A stretch of DNA of 64,000 nt from Pseudomonadales bacterium (GTDB taxonomy: Bacteria; Pseudomonadota; Gammaproteobacteria; Pseudomonadales; JBECKS01), in assembly GCA_965223975.1 (NCBI GenBank), contig OZ245031.1, positions 2,926,917 through 2,990,916 of the forward strand, in the 5' to 3' direction. The notes beneath the pieces were generated by a model. It was given only the letters and a program-made list of their open reading frames with translations, was not told the DNA's origin and searched no databases. Made by a program: the position numbers and the translations under genes. Shown here in pieces: positions 23,507 through 32,910 of the stretch. Numbering within the stretch: the first letter of the stretch is position 1; every line of letters starts with the position of its first letter.

Positions 23507-26185
23507 TTGGCTGTGTTTCTGTTTAAAACAAATTTTTGGCTAGCATTTGTTATTAGCTATTTTCTAGCGGGAGCCTGGGTGCTGAACTCGAGAATCTTGC
23601 CTGATTTTGGTTTTTGCTTTGTTGTGGCTTTCTTACTTGCATCGATTGCTTACTTACGCCGTAGCCTTGAGTTTTCTGACAGTGTCTTTGCGAAATTGCT
23701 TTTATTATTATCTTTCTTTTTTTTGAACGCCTCGTGGATATCGGCATATTGCTTGTGGCAACTTGATCATCGCTTAGATGAAAAGTGGGAAGGTCGAGAG
23801 CTGCTGCTTCAAGGGAGAGTCTTAGGATTACCAAGACAGCAAAGTCGACGGCAAGTTTTTTATTTCCAAAGAGAAGGGGTGCCGCTCTGTGATCTCGGTC
23901 GAAACCAAGAGGAGCTTACCTTCGTCCCCTGTGAGCTCGCTTTATCTGAGCTTCCAAAGAGAGCTTATGAGTTAGCAATTAGTGCTATGTTTTGGCGCAA
24001 GTGGGTGCGTGATAACACCCCAACTTTCCCAAAGAAAATACGTGTAGCTTTATACCATAATCAAGATAGTTCTCTAAAAGAGGTTCGAGGAGGTGAGCGG
24101 TATCAGCTTTTTTTAAAGCTGCGCAGGCCTCGGTCAAGCAAAAACTTCCACGGTTTTGATTATGAAACCTGGCTTTTTTTTCAGGGAGTGCATGCGAATG
24201 CTTATGTAAGAACAAAAGGGCCGAACCAGTGGCTGCCAACTCCACAAGATCGGTATGGCGTCTTCAATATCTTTGAGTTTGATAGATATCGAGAAAGGAT
24301 TAGACAGTCTGTTTTACAGGTTTATCAGCTGGCTGGAATAGACGAGAGAATGAATGCTCCTGCACTAAACCTGGCGTTAAGCCTTGGAGATCGATCGTTT
24401 ATTTCTAAAAAGACCCAGGCTATCTTGCTGGAGACAGGAACACAGCATTTGCTAGCAATTTCTGGTATGCATATAGGGTTTGTAGCGGGTGCTGTTTTCT
24501 TTTGCTTCTTTTTGTTTTTCCGATTGCTTAATCTACTTATTTCAAACTGTAGTTGCCTAATACAAGCGAGCAGGTTGCCGTCATTTTTTTTGGCTCTGTT
24601 TTGTTCTTTGGTGTTCGCGGGTGTTTATGCGCTTTTAGCTGGTTTCTCTATACCAAGCCAAAGAGCGCTAGTAACGCTAGGCGTCTATGTTTTTAGCTTC
24701 TTTGTGTTAGGCAAGGGTTCTTTTTATTATGCCTGGCTTGTATCTATGTCGATCGTGCTTATGCTAGAACCTTTTGCTTTAAGGTCTCCTGGATTCTATT
24801 TATCATTTGGCGCTGTTTTTTGTATCCAATGGATTATCTTAGGACGCTATCAGGTAGTTGTTACCAGGTTCAAAAAGTCCCTGAAAGCGGCAATTAGAGT
24901 TCAGCTTATGTTGTTCTTGGCTTTACTCCCTTGGGTGGCATATTTTTTTTCTATTTTAGCGCCACTAACATTTTTCGCCAATCTGGTCGCGGTGCCCTGG
25001 GTCGCTTTAGTGGTGTTACCTGTTGGTTTAGTTTTCACTGCTTTGAGCCTGGTGACGGTTGATCTTGGTTTTGCTAGCTGGCTTGTACCTTTGGCATCAC
25101 TATTTTCCGTAACCATAGAGTTATTGGTCAGCATCTTGAATGTGTTCAGGGTAGGAAGTTTAAGTGTTTATCTGCCGGATAAAATTGGGCTGGCTTTGGC
25201 CTTTTCATGGAGTTTGATGGTTCTATTTAGCTTTAGCCCCGTATACCTGCGTTTTAAATTGATATTTTTCTTATTTGTTTTAAGTCTGGGTGTCTTAGCG
25301 TCAAGCAGTAGCGATAAGGCTAGGCTCTTGCCATTTGCTGAGTTTAATCTGAGGGTGCTTGATGTGGGGCAAGGGTTGTCGGTCATAGTTGAGACTCAAC
25401 ATCATCGCATGTTGTATGACGCAGGCCCGGCTTTTGGCTACAGTTTTGACGCAGGTCAGGCGATTGTGTTGCCGGCATTAAATTCGGTATCTAGTTTTCA
25501 AACTAAGAGGCTTGATAAAACAATGCTCAGCCATGGCGATAACGATCATGTGGGGGGAGCTTCTACGATAATCAGGGCTTTTCCTGATTCTGAGGTGATT
25601 TCTTTTTCTGGCTTTAAAGCCAATAAAAATTTGAAATTGAACCCTGACTTGCTTTACGAGAAAGAGCGAAATAGGACTTGGGATGTGTGCCGTCGCGGTG
25701 AAAGATGGAAATGGGATGGCGTTGAATTTGAAATTTTGCACCCCGGTAAAAATGCTAGCTGGACTTTGAGTTCGAAGAACGATCTATCCTGTGTGTTAAA
25801 GGTACAGGGGAGATCGGCCACATTGTTGCTGCCGGGTGATATCGAAAAAGACGCAGAGCAGTTTTTGGTTAATGTTCGTGAAAGCAATGACGAGCTTCGA
25901 GCCGACATACTAATAGCGCCTCACCATGGCAGTAAAAGTTCGTCTACCTTAGGATTTCTTGAATCGGTTAAGCCTAAATTGGTCATAGTGTCCTCTGGCT
26001 ATAAAAATGCCTTTGGTCATCCTCATACCTCGGTATTGGATCGTTATGATTCCAATGGTTATCACGCTGCAAATACAGCAGAGCTAGGCGGGATCTCTTT
26101 GAGATCCGATTTGTTTGATTCTCAGTCTGGTGCATTAAGCTATCAAGCCGCTCGCAGAGCGAGTGTTCGATTTTGGGATTTATGA
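23507..26185 (+). CDS. comEC: DNA internalization-related competence protein ComEC/Rec2
   Basis: 892 aa with a polytopic competence domain (GTQHLLAISGMHIG) and a C-terminal metallo-beta-lactamase domain (VLDVGQGLS, SHGDNDHVGG, APHHGS). The start codon is uncertain because the track uses a TTG. Confidence 0.85.
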   Translation: MAVFLFKTNFWLAFVISYFLAGAWVLNSRILPDFGFCFVVAFLLASIAYLRRSLEFSDSVFAKLLLLLSFFFLNASWISAYCLWQLDHRLDEKWEGRELLLQGRVLGLPRQQSRRQVFYFQREGVPLCDLGRNQEELTFVPCELALSELPKRAYELAISAMFWRKWVRDNTPTFPKKIRVALYHNQDSSLKEVRGGERYQLFLKLRRPRSSKNFHGFDYETWLFFQGVHANAYVRTKGPNQWLPTPQDRYGVFNIFEFDRYRERIRQSVLQVYQLAGIDERMNAPALNLALSLGDRSFISKKTQAILLETGTQHLLAISGMHIGFVAGAVFFCFFLFFRLLNLLISNCSCLIQASRLPSFFLALFCSLVFAGVYALLAGFSIPSQRALVTLGVYVFSFFVLGKGSFYYAWLVSMSIVLMLEPFALRSPGFYLSFGAVFCIQWIILGRYQVVVTRFKKSLKAAIRVQLMLFLALLPWVAYFFSILAPLTFFANLVAVPWVALVVLPVGLVFTALSLVTVDLGFASWLVPLASLFSVTIELLVSILNVFRVGSLSVYLPDKIGLALAFSWSLMVLFSFSPVYLRFKLIFFLFVLSLGVLASSSSDKARLLPFAEFNLRVLDVGQGLSVIVETQHHRMLYDAGPAFGYSFDAGQAIVLPALNSVSSFQTKRLDKTMLSHGDNDHVGGASTIIRAFPDSEVISFSGFKANKNLKLNPDLLYEKERNRTWDVCRRGERWKWDGVEFEILHPGKNASWTLSSKNDLSCVLKVQGRSATLLLPGDIEKDAEQFLVNVRESNDELRADILIAPHHGSKSSSTLGFLESVKPKLVIVSSGYKNAFGHPHTSVLDRYDSNGYHAANTAELGGISLRSDLFDSQSGALSYQAARRASVRFWDL

Positions 26186-26307
26186 GGCCTGGATTTAATC
26201 TTGTGCTTTGCTCTAAAGCCTATTGCCATTGGCCCTAAAGCTGTTTCCAGGCTGCTAATTGTGGTAGATTGCTGCCTAGAAAATTAAGCTTTTTGGGGAG
26301 AAAAGAA

Positions 26308-26934
26308 GTGCGAGAATTGGTGATGGCAGGTGGGTGGATGATGGCGCCCATTCTACTGTGTTCTGTGGTGGCGGTGGCGATAGCTGGGGAACGTTTTTGG
26401 AGTTTACGGCGCAGCCAAATAATACCTCCTGGCCTTTTGAGTAAAGTATGGGATATGCGCAAGTCCAATCAGTTGAGTCCAGAGACTTTAAAATCTCTTA
26501 AGGACGGCTCACCAATGGGTAAGATTATTGCTGCGGGTTTGGGTAATGTGCGCTTTGGCCGGGAGATTATGAAGGAGCGTATCGAAGAAGTAGCGGCTCA
26601 TGCCATCCATGATATGGAACGTTTTTTAAACACTCTCGGAACGATAGCGGCTATCGCTCCATTGCTCGGTTTGTTAGGTACGGTTTTGGGTATGATTAAT
26701 GTCTTTTCGGCGATCGTAGTTCATGGCTCAGGAGATACTGCAATTTTGGCAGACGGCATTTCTCAAGCGCTGATTACTACAGCAGCCGGTTTAATCGTCG
26801 CGATCCCTAGTCTTTTCGTGCATCGATACTTATCTCGGTATATCGATGATCTAAGTGTTGAAATGGAAGCGGAAGCTATCAAGCTTCTTGATGCCTTGCA
26901 CGTCGAAAACTTGGGTAAAGAAGGCGTAAACTAA
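26308..26934 (+). CDS. exbB: MotA/TolQ/ExbB proton-channel protein
   Basis: A GTG start at 26308 preceded by GGGGAG gives an N-terminus (M)RELVMAGGWMMAPILLCS, typical of ExbB/TolQ. The conserved C-terminal TM pair is present (LLGLLGTVLGMI, ALITTAAGLIVAIP). The track ORF begins at an upstream TTG (26269). Confidence 0.85.
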   Translation: MRELVMAGGWMMAPILLCSVVAVAIAGERFWSLRRSQIIPPGLLSKVWDMRKSNQLSPETLKSLKDGSPMGKIIAAGLGNVRFGREIMKERIEEVAAHAIHDMERFLNTLGTIAAIAPLLGLLGTVLGMINVFSAIVVHGSGDTAILADGISQALITTAAGLIVAIPSLFVHRYLSRYIDDLSVEMEAEAIKLLDALHVENLGKEGVN

Positions 26935-26970
26935 ACTTGTAGTTAGAGAAATCTTGCTGAGAACTATCGA

Positions 26971-27396
26971 ATGAATTTTAAAAAGCAAAGTCGCGAAGAG
27001 CCTAATGTTAATCTCACCTCTTTAATTGATGTGGTGTTTTTGCTTTTGATTTTTTTTATGGTCTCGACCACTTTTCAAAAAGATAAACATATTAATCTGA
27101 CGTTGCCGCAAGCTGAGAAAGGAAAATCACAGACTCAAGCTGATCAGATTTTTGTAAGTGTCGATTCTCAGGGTGCTTACTCTGTTAATTCTCGCGCTTT
27201 GGTAAAAAATGATGCCAAAACACTTGAGCTGGCTATCGAAAGCCTTGGCTTTAGTGATAAGTCTACACCTTTGATCATATCTGCAGATGCGCAAGCCAGT
27301 CATCAATCGGTGGTAACCGTTATGGACGTTTCCGCTCGACTGGGTTTTAGTAAAGTGAGTATTGCTACCACTGAGATTTCTGAGGCAGCTCAATGA
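26971..27396 (+). CDS. exbD: ExbD/TolR biopolymer transport protein
   Basis: 141 aa with the single TM motif NLTSLIDVVFLLLIFFMV, including the conserved Asp. The stop overlaps the msbA start (ATGA at 27393-27396). Confidence 0.88.
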   Translation: MNFKKQSREEPNVNLTSLIDVVFLLLIFFMVSTTFQKDKHINLTLPQAEKGKSQTQADQIFVSVDSQGAYSVNSRALVKNDAKTLELAIESLGFSDKSTPLIISADAQASHQSVVTVMDVSARLGFSKVSIATTEISEAAQ

Positions 27397-29222
27397 GTGA
27401 GAATGATTCAAAGGAAAATCGCTCTGACCAAGAACAAGCGCCAATTCGTTTAAGTGGAGCCGATCCAGAAGCTCAAGCCTCAAGCGAAAAAGGCTTTGAA
27501 ATTTACAAACGGGTGCTTACTCGTGCTTTGCCATATTGGCCAGCTTTTTTGCTGGGTGTGCTTGGTTATGTGATCTATGGCATAACCCAACCCTTGTCTG
27601 CGAAAGCTCTGGAGATGATTTTAGACTCGATGGATGAACCTTACGGTGATATTCATACCTTGTTACCTTTGGGAATTGTGGCTATTTTTGCCTTTAGGGG
27701 TTTGGGTACATTAATGGGCAGTTATGGCATGGCATATGTCGCTCGTCATGTCGTTCATCAATTACGTGTGGATATGTTTTCTAAGCTGGTACATTTGCCG
27801 CTGGCTTATTTTGCAACTACTTCTCCCGGTCATTTAGTTTCTCGAATGACCTTTAATGTTGAGCAAGTAGGAAAGGCAACCAGTAGTGCTGTCACTGTTC
27901 TTATTCGTGAAAGTATTGTGGTCATCAGTTTGCTGGTTTATTTGCTGATTGAAAATTGGCAATTAACTTTGGTTTTTTTGCTGGTATTACCCCCAGTGTC
28001 TTTAATAGTGGCGCTAGTGAGTAAACGTTTTAGACGTCTGGGAACGTCTATACAGAACTCAATGGGTGATGTTACCCAAGTATCATCAGAGGTAATAAAC
28101 GCTTATCAAGAGGTGCGTATTTACGGTACCACAGAGTATGAAGATAGACGCTTTTTTGGGGTGAGCCGGAATAATTTAAAACAGAGTTTAAAGTTTGCAT
28201 TGACCGAAGCCATTAACGCACCAGTTATTCAGCTTTTGGTTGCAATGGCACTGAGCTTTATTGTTTGGTTGGTCCTAAATCCGGATTTTATGGGCACCAT
28301 GACCCAGGGGCAGTTCATGGGCTACATGACAGCTGCTGGTTTGTTGGATAAGCCAGTTAGGCAACTTGCGAAAATAAACGGAACCATTCAAGTGGCTATT
28401 GCGGCGGCTCAATCTCTATTCAATTTGCTGGATGAAGAGCGACAGGAAGACAGTGGTGACAAGGTGATGTCTTCTTGCGAAGGCAATGTGGTATTTGAGA
28501 ACGTAAGTTTTGCATATAAAGACGATGGCGAGGACGTTGTAAAGAATGTCAGTTTTGAGGCGAAGGCTGGTGAGTGTGTCGCTTTGGTAGGCCGCTCAGG
28601 TGGTGGTAAGTCCAGTTTGGTAGGCTTAATTCCTCGTTTTTATGAGATTAATAAGGGGAAGATACTGCTGGATGGCGAGGATATTCGAGACTTAACACTT
28701 GAAAGTTTGAGAGAACAAGTTGCTCTAGTGAGTCAAAAGGTAACTTTATTTAACGATAGTATTTACCATAATATTGCCTACGGCGATTTAAAAAATGCGA
28801 CTCAAACCTCGGTCGAAGCAGCCGCTAAGTTGGCATTTGCAGATCAGTTTATAAGTAAGCTTGATGAGGCCTATGACACTCAAGTGGGTCAAGATGGCAT
28901 TCAATTGTCTGGTGGTCAAAGGCAGCGTATTGCTATTGCGCGAGCTTTGCTTAAAGATGCCCCTGTCATCATTATGGACGAGGCAACCTCGGCACTGGAT
29001 AATGAATCAGAAGCCATGATTCAAAAAGCCTTAGAGGGTGTGCGAGGCAAAAAAACCATGATTGTTATAGCGCACAGACTGTCGACCGTTGAAAATGCAG
29101 ATAGGATTTTGGTGCTGGATAATGGCGAAATTGTTGAATCGGGCACCCATAAAACCCTGATTGAAAAGCAGGGTTATTATGCAAGGCTTCATAATAGCCA
29201 ACTAGAGTTTGATCAGGTCTAG
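27393..29222 (+). CDS. msbA: Lipid A export ABC transporter (permease/ATPase)
   Basis: 609 aa with six TM helices plus an NBD: Walker A GRSGGGKSS, signature LSGGQRQR, Walker B IIMDEATSALD. It lies immediately upstream of lpxK, as in E. coli. Confidence 0.9.
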   Translation: MSENDSKENRSDQEQAPIRLSGADPEAQASSEKGFEIYKRVLTRALPYWPAFLLGVLGYVIYGITQPLSAKALEMILDSMDEPYGDIHTLLPLGIVAIFAFRGLGTLMGSYGMAYVARHVVHQLRVDMFSKLVHLPLAYFATTSPGHLVSRMTFNVEQVGKATSSAVTVLIRESIVVISLLVYLLIENWQLTLVFLLVLPPVSLIVALVSKRFRRLGTSIQNSMGDVTQVSSEVINAYQEVRIYGTTEYEDRRFFGVSRNNLKQSLKFALTEAINAPVIQLLVAMALSFIVWLVLNPDFMGTMTQGQFMGYMTAAGLLDKPVRQLAKINGTIQVAIAAAQSLFNLLDEERQEDSGDKVMSSCEGNVVFENVSFAYKDDGEDVVKNVSFEAKAGECVALVGRSGGGKSSLVGLIPRFYEINKGKILLDGEDIRDLTLESLREQVALVSQKVTLFNDSIYHNIAYGDLKNATQTSVEAAAKLAFADQFISKLDEAYDTQVGQDGIQLSGGQRQRIAIARALLKDAPVIIMDEATSALDNESEAMIQKALEGVRGKKTMIVIAHRLSTVENADRILVLDNGEIVESGTHKTLIEKQGYYARLHNSQLEFDQV

Positions 29223-29227
29223 CTTAG

Positions 29228-30235
29228 ATGCACGAATTTTTTCAAAAAGCTTGGTACGGACCTGATTCAAAACCTTATTGGTTTTTAGTATTCCTAAGCA
29301 AAATTTATTTCTTTATTTCTAGTATTCGCACTCTCTTGTATAAGCGAGGCTTAATCCAACGCCATTCTGTACCAGTACCTGTGATAGTGATTGGTAACCT
29401 TACGGTAGGCGGGACCGGAAAAACTCCTGTGACTATCGCGCTTGTTAACTATTTAAAGGGTAAAGGGTTTCAGCCTGGTGTGGTTAGCCGCGGTTATGGT
29501 GGTAGTGCAGATGACTTTCCGCTTTTGGTTAGCAATAACAGTCCAGTAACAGAGACGGGTGATGAGCCTATGTTGATCTATAAACGTACCGGTGTGCCGG
29601 TAGTTATTGACCCCAAGAGAGCCCGAGCTGCAAAGCTGTTAGCCTTTGAAGGACGTTGCGATGTAATTATCAGCGATGATGGATTACAGCATCATGCCAT
29701 GGATAGGGATTTTGAAATAGTGGTTGTAGATGGTCAGAGGCTCTTTGGAAATGGAGAACTGCTGCCAGCGGGCCCAATGAGAGAAAAGCTAGAAAAAATT
29801 AATGACTACAACCTTGTCGTTTTGAATAGTGGTACTGATAAAAATAAAGAGGCTCTTACGAATCAACTTTCAATACCCATCGTCAACATGGTGCTAGAAG
29901 GCAATATTTTTGAAAGTTGTGCTGGCGATACAATGGCGAGCTTTGCTCATGGCGCGGGAAAAGTTTATGCAGTAGCCGGTATAGGGAATCCCTCTCGCTT
30001 TTTTGATGTACTGAGGTTGATGGGATTGGATATTATTGAAAAGGTTTTTGATGATCATCATGATTTTGTTCCAGGTGATCTGGAGTTTGAGTTTAATCAT
30101 CCGATTGTCATGACTGAAAAAGATGCAATCAAGTGTTCATCGTTTGCGAAGGACGAGTGGTGGTACTTGCCCGTAGATGCGCAGATTGATGAGGGGTTTT
30201 ATCATTCAGTCGATAATCTGTTAAATATTGTTTGA
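29228..30235 (+). CDS. lpxK: Tetraacyldisaccharide 4'-kinase
   Basis: 335 aa with P-loop GNLTVGGTGKTP and DDGLQH. Confidence 0.93.
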   Translation: MHEFFQKAWYGPDSKPYWFLVFLSKIYFFISSIRTLLYKRGLIQRHSVPVPVIVIGNLTVGGTGKTPVTIALVNYLKGKGFQPGVVSRGYGGSADDFPLLVSNNSPVTETGDEPMLIYKRTGVPVVIDPKRARAAKLLAFEGRCDVIISDDGLQHHAMDRDFEIVVVDGQRLFGNGELLPAGPMREKLEKINDYNLVVLNSGTDKNKEALTNQLSIPIVNMVLEGNIFESCAGDTMASFAHGAGKVYAVAGIGNPSRFFDVLRLMGLDIIEKVFDDHHDFVPGDLEFEFNHPIVMTEKDAIKCSSFAKDEWWYLPVDAQIDEGFYHSVDNLLNIV

Positions 30236-30274
30236 TAGATGTGATATTAGAATTTAATTAGATAGAGGAAGACA

Positions 30275-30460
30275 ATGTTAGATAACAAGTTGCTAGAAAT
30301 TTTGGCTTGCCCAATGTGTAAAGGTAAATTGGAATATGTGAGTACACCAGAGGAGCTTATTTGTAGGGCTGACGGTTTAGCCTTTCCTGTTAGAGACGGT
30401 ATTCCGGTGATGTTGGAAGAAGAAGCCCGCGATATCAGTGTTGATGAAAAGTTATCTTAA
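30275..30460 (+). CDS. ycaR: Trm112/YcaR-family small zinc-ribbon-like protein (UPF0434)
   Basis: 61 aa with [14 protein letters not shown] and DGIPVML, in the conserved position between lpxK and kdsB. Confidence 0.85.
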   Translation: MLDNKLLEILACPMCKGKLEYVSTPEELICRADGLAFPVRDGIPVMLEEEARDISVDEKLS

Positions 30461-30468
30461 GGCTAGAT

Positions 30469-31269
30469 ATGAGCTTTAAAGTTGTTATTCCCTCTCGTTT
30501 TCAATCTACGCGTCTTCCCGGTAAGCCTCTACTCGATATTGTAGGTAAGCCAATGGTGCAACACGTATTTGAAGCCGCATCTAAGAGCAATGCAGGAGAA
30601 GTTATTGTTGCCACGGACGATGAGCGAATTGCTCAAGCGTGTGAGTCTTTTGGTGCGAAGGTGTGTATGACCTCGGATCAACATATCTCGGGTACTGACA
30701 GGCTAGAAGAAGTATCCAGAAAACTTGGCTGGGGAAATAACGAAATAGTTGTTAATGTGCAGGGGGATGAGCCATTAATAGAACCTAGCCTCATTAACCA
30801 GGTGGCAGAAAATCTAGCAGAGAATTCTTGGGCTAGTATAGCGAGTTTGTGTGAAGTATTAACGAATGCCGAGTCGATATTAAATCCGAATAATGTAAAG
30901 GTGGTTTTTAGCAAATCAGGACAGGCACTGTATTTTTCAAGAGCGCCTATTCCGTGGTTACGTAATGGGATGGATGTGGAAGTCTCCGATGAGGCCTTAT
31001 CACTTTGTTTGAATAAATCGCAATTAGGCCAGTGTCAGTACTTTCGTCATATCGGAATTTACGCCTATCGCAGCGATTTTTTACGAGAGTTCGTAAGTTG
31101 GCCTGCAGCTGCGATGGAATTGTCAGAAAGTCTAGAGCAGCTGAGGGCGCTTGAAAATGATAGGCATATACACATGGCTCAAGCCTGTGATGCGCCAGCA
31201 CCTGGAGTTGACACCCAGGAAGACCTTGAAGTCGTAAGAAAAATATTTATTTCGAAAATGAGTCAATAG
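30469..31269 (+). CDS. kdsB: 3-deoxy-manno-octulosonate cytidylyltransferase (CMP-KDO synthetase)
   Basis: 266 aa with VIPSRFQSTRLPGKPL and VNVQGDEPLI. Confidence 0.95.
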   Translation: MSFKVVIPSRFQSTRLPGKPLLDIVGKPMVQHVFEAASKSNAGEVIVATDDERIAQACESFGAKVCMTSDQHISGTDRLEEVSRKLGWGNNEIVVNVQGDEPLIEPSLINQVAENLAENSWASIASLCEVLTNAESILNPNNVKVVFSKSGQALYFSRAPIPWLRNGMDVEVSDEALSLCLNKSQLGQCQYFRHIGIYAYRSDFLREFVSWPAAAMELSESLEQLRALENDRHIHMAQACDAPAPGVDTQEDLEVVRKIFISKMSQ

Positions 31270-31276
31270 ATATCAA

Positions 31277-31780
31277 ATGATTAAAGTTTTATTTGTTTGT
31301 CTAGGAAATATCTGTCGCTCCCCTAGCGCAGAGGCGGTGTTTCAGGGCTTGGTTGATGATAGGGCATACTCTGAGCTTATCAAAGTAGATTCCTGTGGAA
31401 CTGCAGCTTATCACGTTGGAGAGCCACCCGATCCAAGATCAATACTCGCAGCAGAAGCGAGGGGTTATGAGATTTCTCACTTGCGAGCTCGACAGTTCAC
31501 GTCAAATGATTTTTTTAATTTTGATTACATACTCTGTATGGATAACAGTAATCTTTCAAATGTACTTGATCAGCAGCCACTTGAAGAGAGTGATAAGCGG
31601 CAAGGTAAATTGGCTGAAGTTAGCTTGCTGTTAGATTTTTTTGATGGAGGGGAAAGCGGGCTGGAAGTGCCGGATCCTTATTACGGTGGTGACAGGGGTT
31701 TTGATCAAGTGTTAGACCTAATTGAGACTGCTGGAAAGAACCTGTTGGATCATATTTTGCAACAAGACTTAAAGGCCTAG
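31277..31780 (+). CDS. Low-molecular-weight protein-tyrosine phosphatase
   Basis: 167 aa with the CX5R(S) P-loop VLFVCLGNICRSPSAE and a DPYYG acid loop. Confidence 0.9.
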   Translation: MIKVLFVCLGNICRSPSAEAVFQGLVDDRAYSELIKVDSCGTAAYHVGEPPDPRSILAAEARGYEISHLRARQFTSNDFFNFDYILCMDNSNLSNVLDQQPLEESDKRQGKLAEVSLLLDFFDGGESGLEVPDPYYGGDRGFDQVLDLIETAGKNLLDHILQQDLKA

Positions 31781-31783
31781 TCG

Positions 31784-32818
31784 ATGAAGGTGTCATTAGA
31801 TTTCTCTTTAGAATCGCGTAATACATTGGCTCTAAAGTCTTCATGCGCACGTCATATAGAGTGTGAATCGGTAGCAGACGTAATTGAGTGGTCTCGACAA
31901 GGTAACTTTGAACCTTCGGCCTTTTTTGTTTTGGGTGGTGGAAGTAATCTAATTCTACCAGAATATTATGAGGGAACTGTTATTAGCTCAAATATTCGTG
32001 GCTTTTCGATAGATGATGAAGGCAAGAAAGATGATCTATATAAACTTAAGGTGGGTAGCGGTGAATCTTGGGATGCTTTGATTAAATTTTGTTTAGATAA
32101 AGGCCTGCGGGGGCTGGAAAACCTAACGCTCATCCCTGGAACCGTTGGGGCTGCTCCGATTCAAAATATCGGAGCCTATGGTGTTGAGGTCTGTGAGTAT
32201 ATTGAATCAGTCGAAGTGTACAATTTTATCAATAAACGACTTGAGGTGTTGAGTAATAAAGATTGTTTGTTTTCCTATCGAGATAGTATTTTTAAACAAA
32301 ACCCCGGAAAGTATTTGGTGCTTAATGTTAATTTTTTACTAAGCAAGGGCGCAGAGCTGAATTTATCGTATAAAACACTTCAGGCATTGATTGAAAAAAA
32401 AGGTTTGATGCCGTGCGATCTTGATGCGCATAAGGTTTCTGCTTTAGTCGCTGAGGTTAGGCGTGAGCGTTTGCCTGATCCGAAGCTAGAGGCTAACGTT
32501 GGAAGTTTTTTTAAGAATCCAATTATTTCAAACGATAATTTTGAAAAACTTATTAAACGTTTTCCAGATTTGGTTTCTTTTTCGGCTGGCTTGGGTTCGA
32601 AAAAGTTATCAGCCGCTTGGCTGATTGAACAATGCGGGTGGAAGGGTAAAGCTATAGGAAACATGAAAGTGTCAGATCGACATTCTCTAGTTTTGGTCAA
32701 TACTGGTGCCCGTGGGGAAACTCATCAATCAGAAGTATTAGCTTTTGCTAATTTGATAAAGGAAGACGTCGCTGCGAACTTTGGGATTATTCTAGAAACA
32801 GAGCCAGTGATTAAATAG
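31784..32818 (+). CDS. murB: UDP-N-acetylenolpyruvoylglucosamine reductase
   Basis: 344 aa with an FAD-binding domain (VLGGGSNLI, GTVGAAPIQNIGAYG) and a C-terminal MurB domain (GSFFKNP). Confidence 0.93.
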   Translation: MKVSLDFSLESRNTLALKSSCARHIECESVADVIEWSRQGNFEPSAFFVLGGGSNLILPEYYEGTVISSNIRGFSIDDEGKKDDLYKLKVGSGESWDALIKFCLDKGLRGLENLTLIPGTVGAAPIQNIGAYGVEVCEYIESVEVYNFINKRLEVLSNKDCLFSYRDSIFKQNPGKYLVLNVNFLLSKGAELNLSYKTLQALIEKKGLMPCDLDAHKVSALVAEVRRERLPDPKLEANVGSFFKNPIISNDNFEKLIKRFPDLVSFSAGLGSKKLSAAWLIEQCGWKGKAIGNMKVSDRHSLVLVNTGARGETHQSEVLAFANLIKEDVAANFGIILETEPVIK

Positions 32819-32823
32819 CTGTA

Positions 32824-32860
32824 GTGATTAGTTGTGATTAGTTGTGATTAGTTGTGATTC
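32824..32860. repeat. 10-bp tandem repeat, about 3.7 copies (GTGATTAGTT)
   Basis: Read directly as gtgattagtt gtgattagtt gtgattagtt gtgattc, between the murB stop and the shared terminator. Confidence 0.9.
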
Positions 32861-32880
32861 GCAATGGCTGCATGGTAACA

Positions 32881-32908
32881 AAAAGGGCCCGCTTAGCAGG
32901 CCCTTTTT
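32881..32908. terminator. Bidirectional rho-independent terminator between convergent murB and rne
   Basis: AAAAGGGCC-cgcttagca-GGCCCTTTTT. A GC stem is flanked by an A-run and a T-run, so it is usable on both strands. Confidence 0.8.
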
Positions 32909-32910
32909 AT

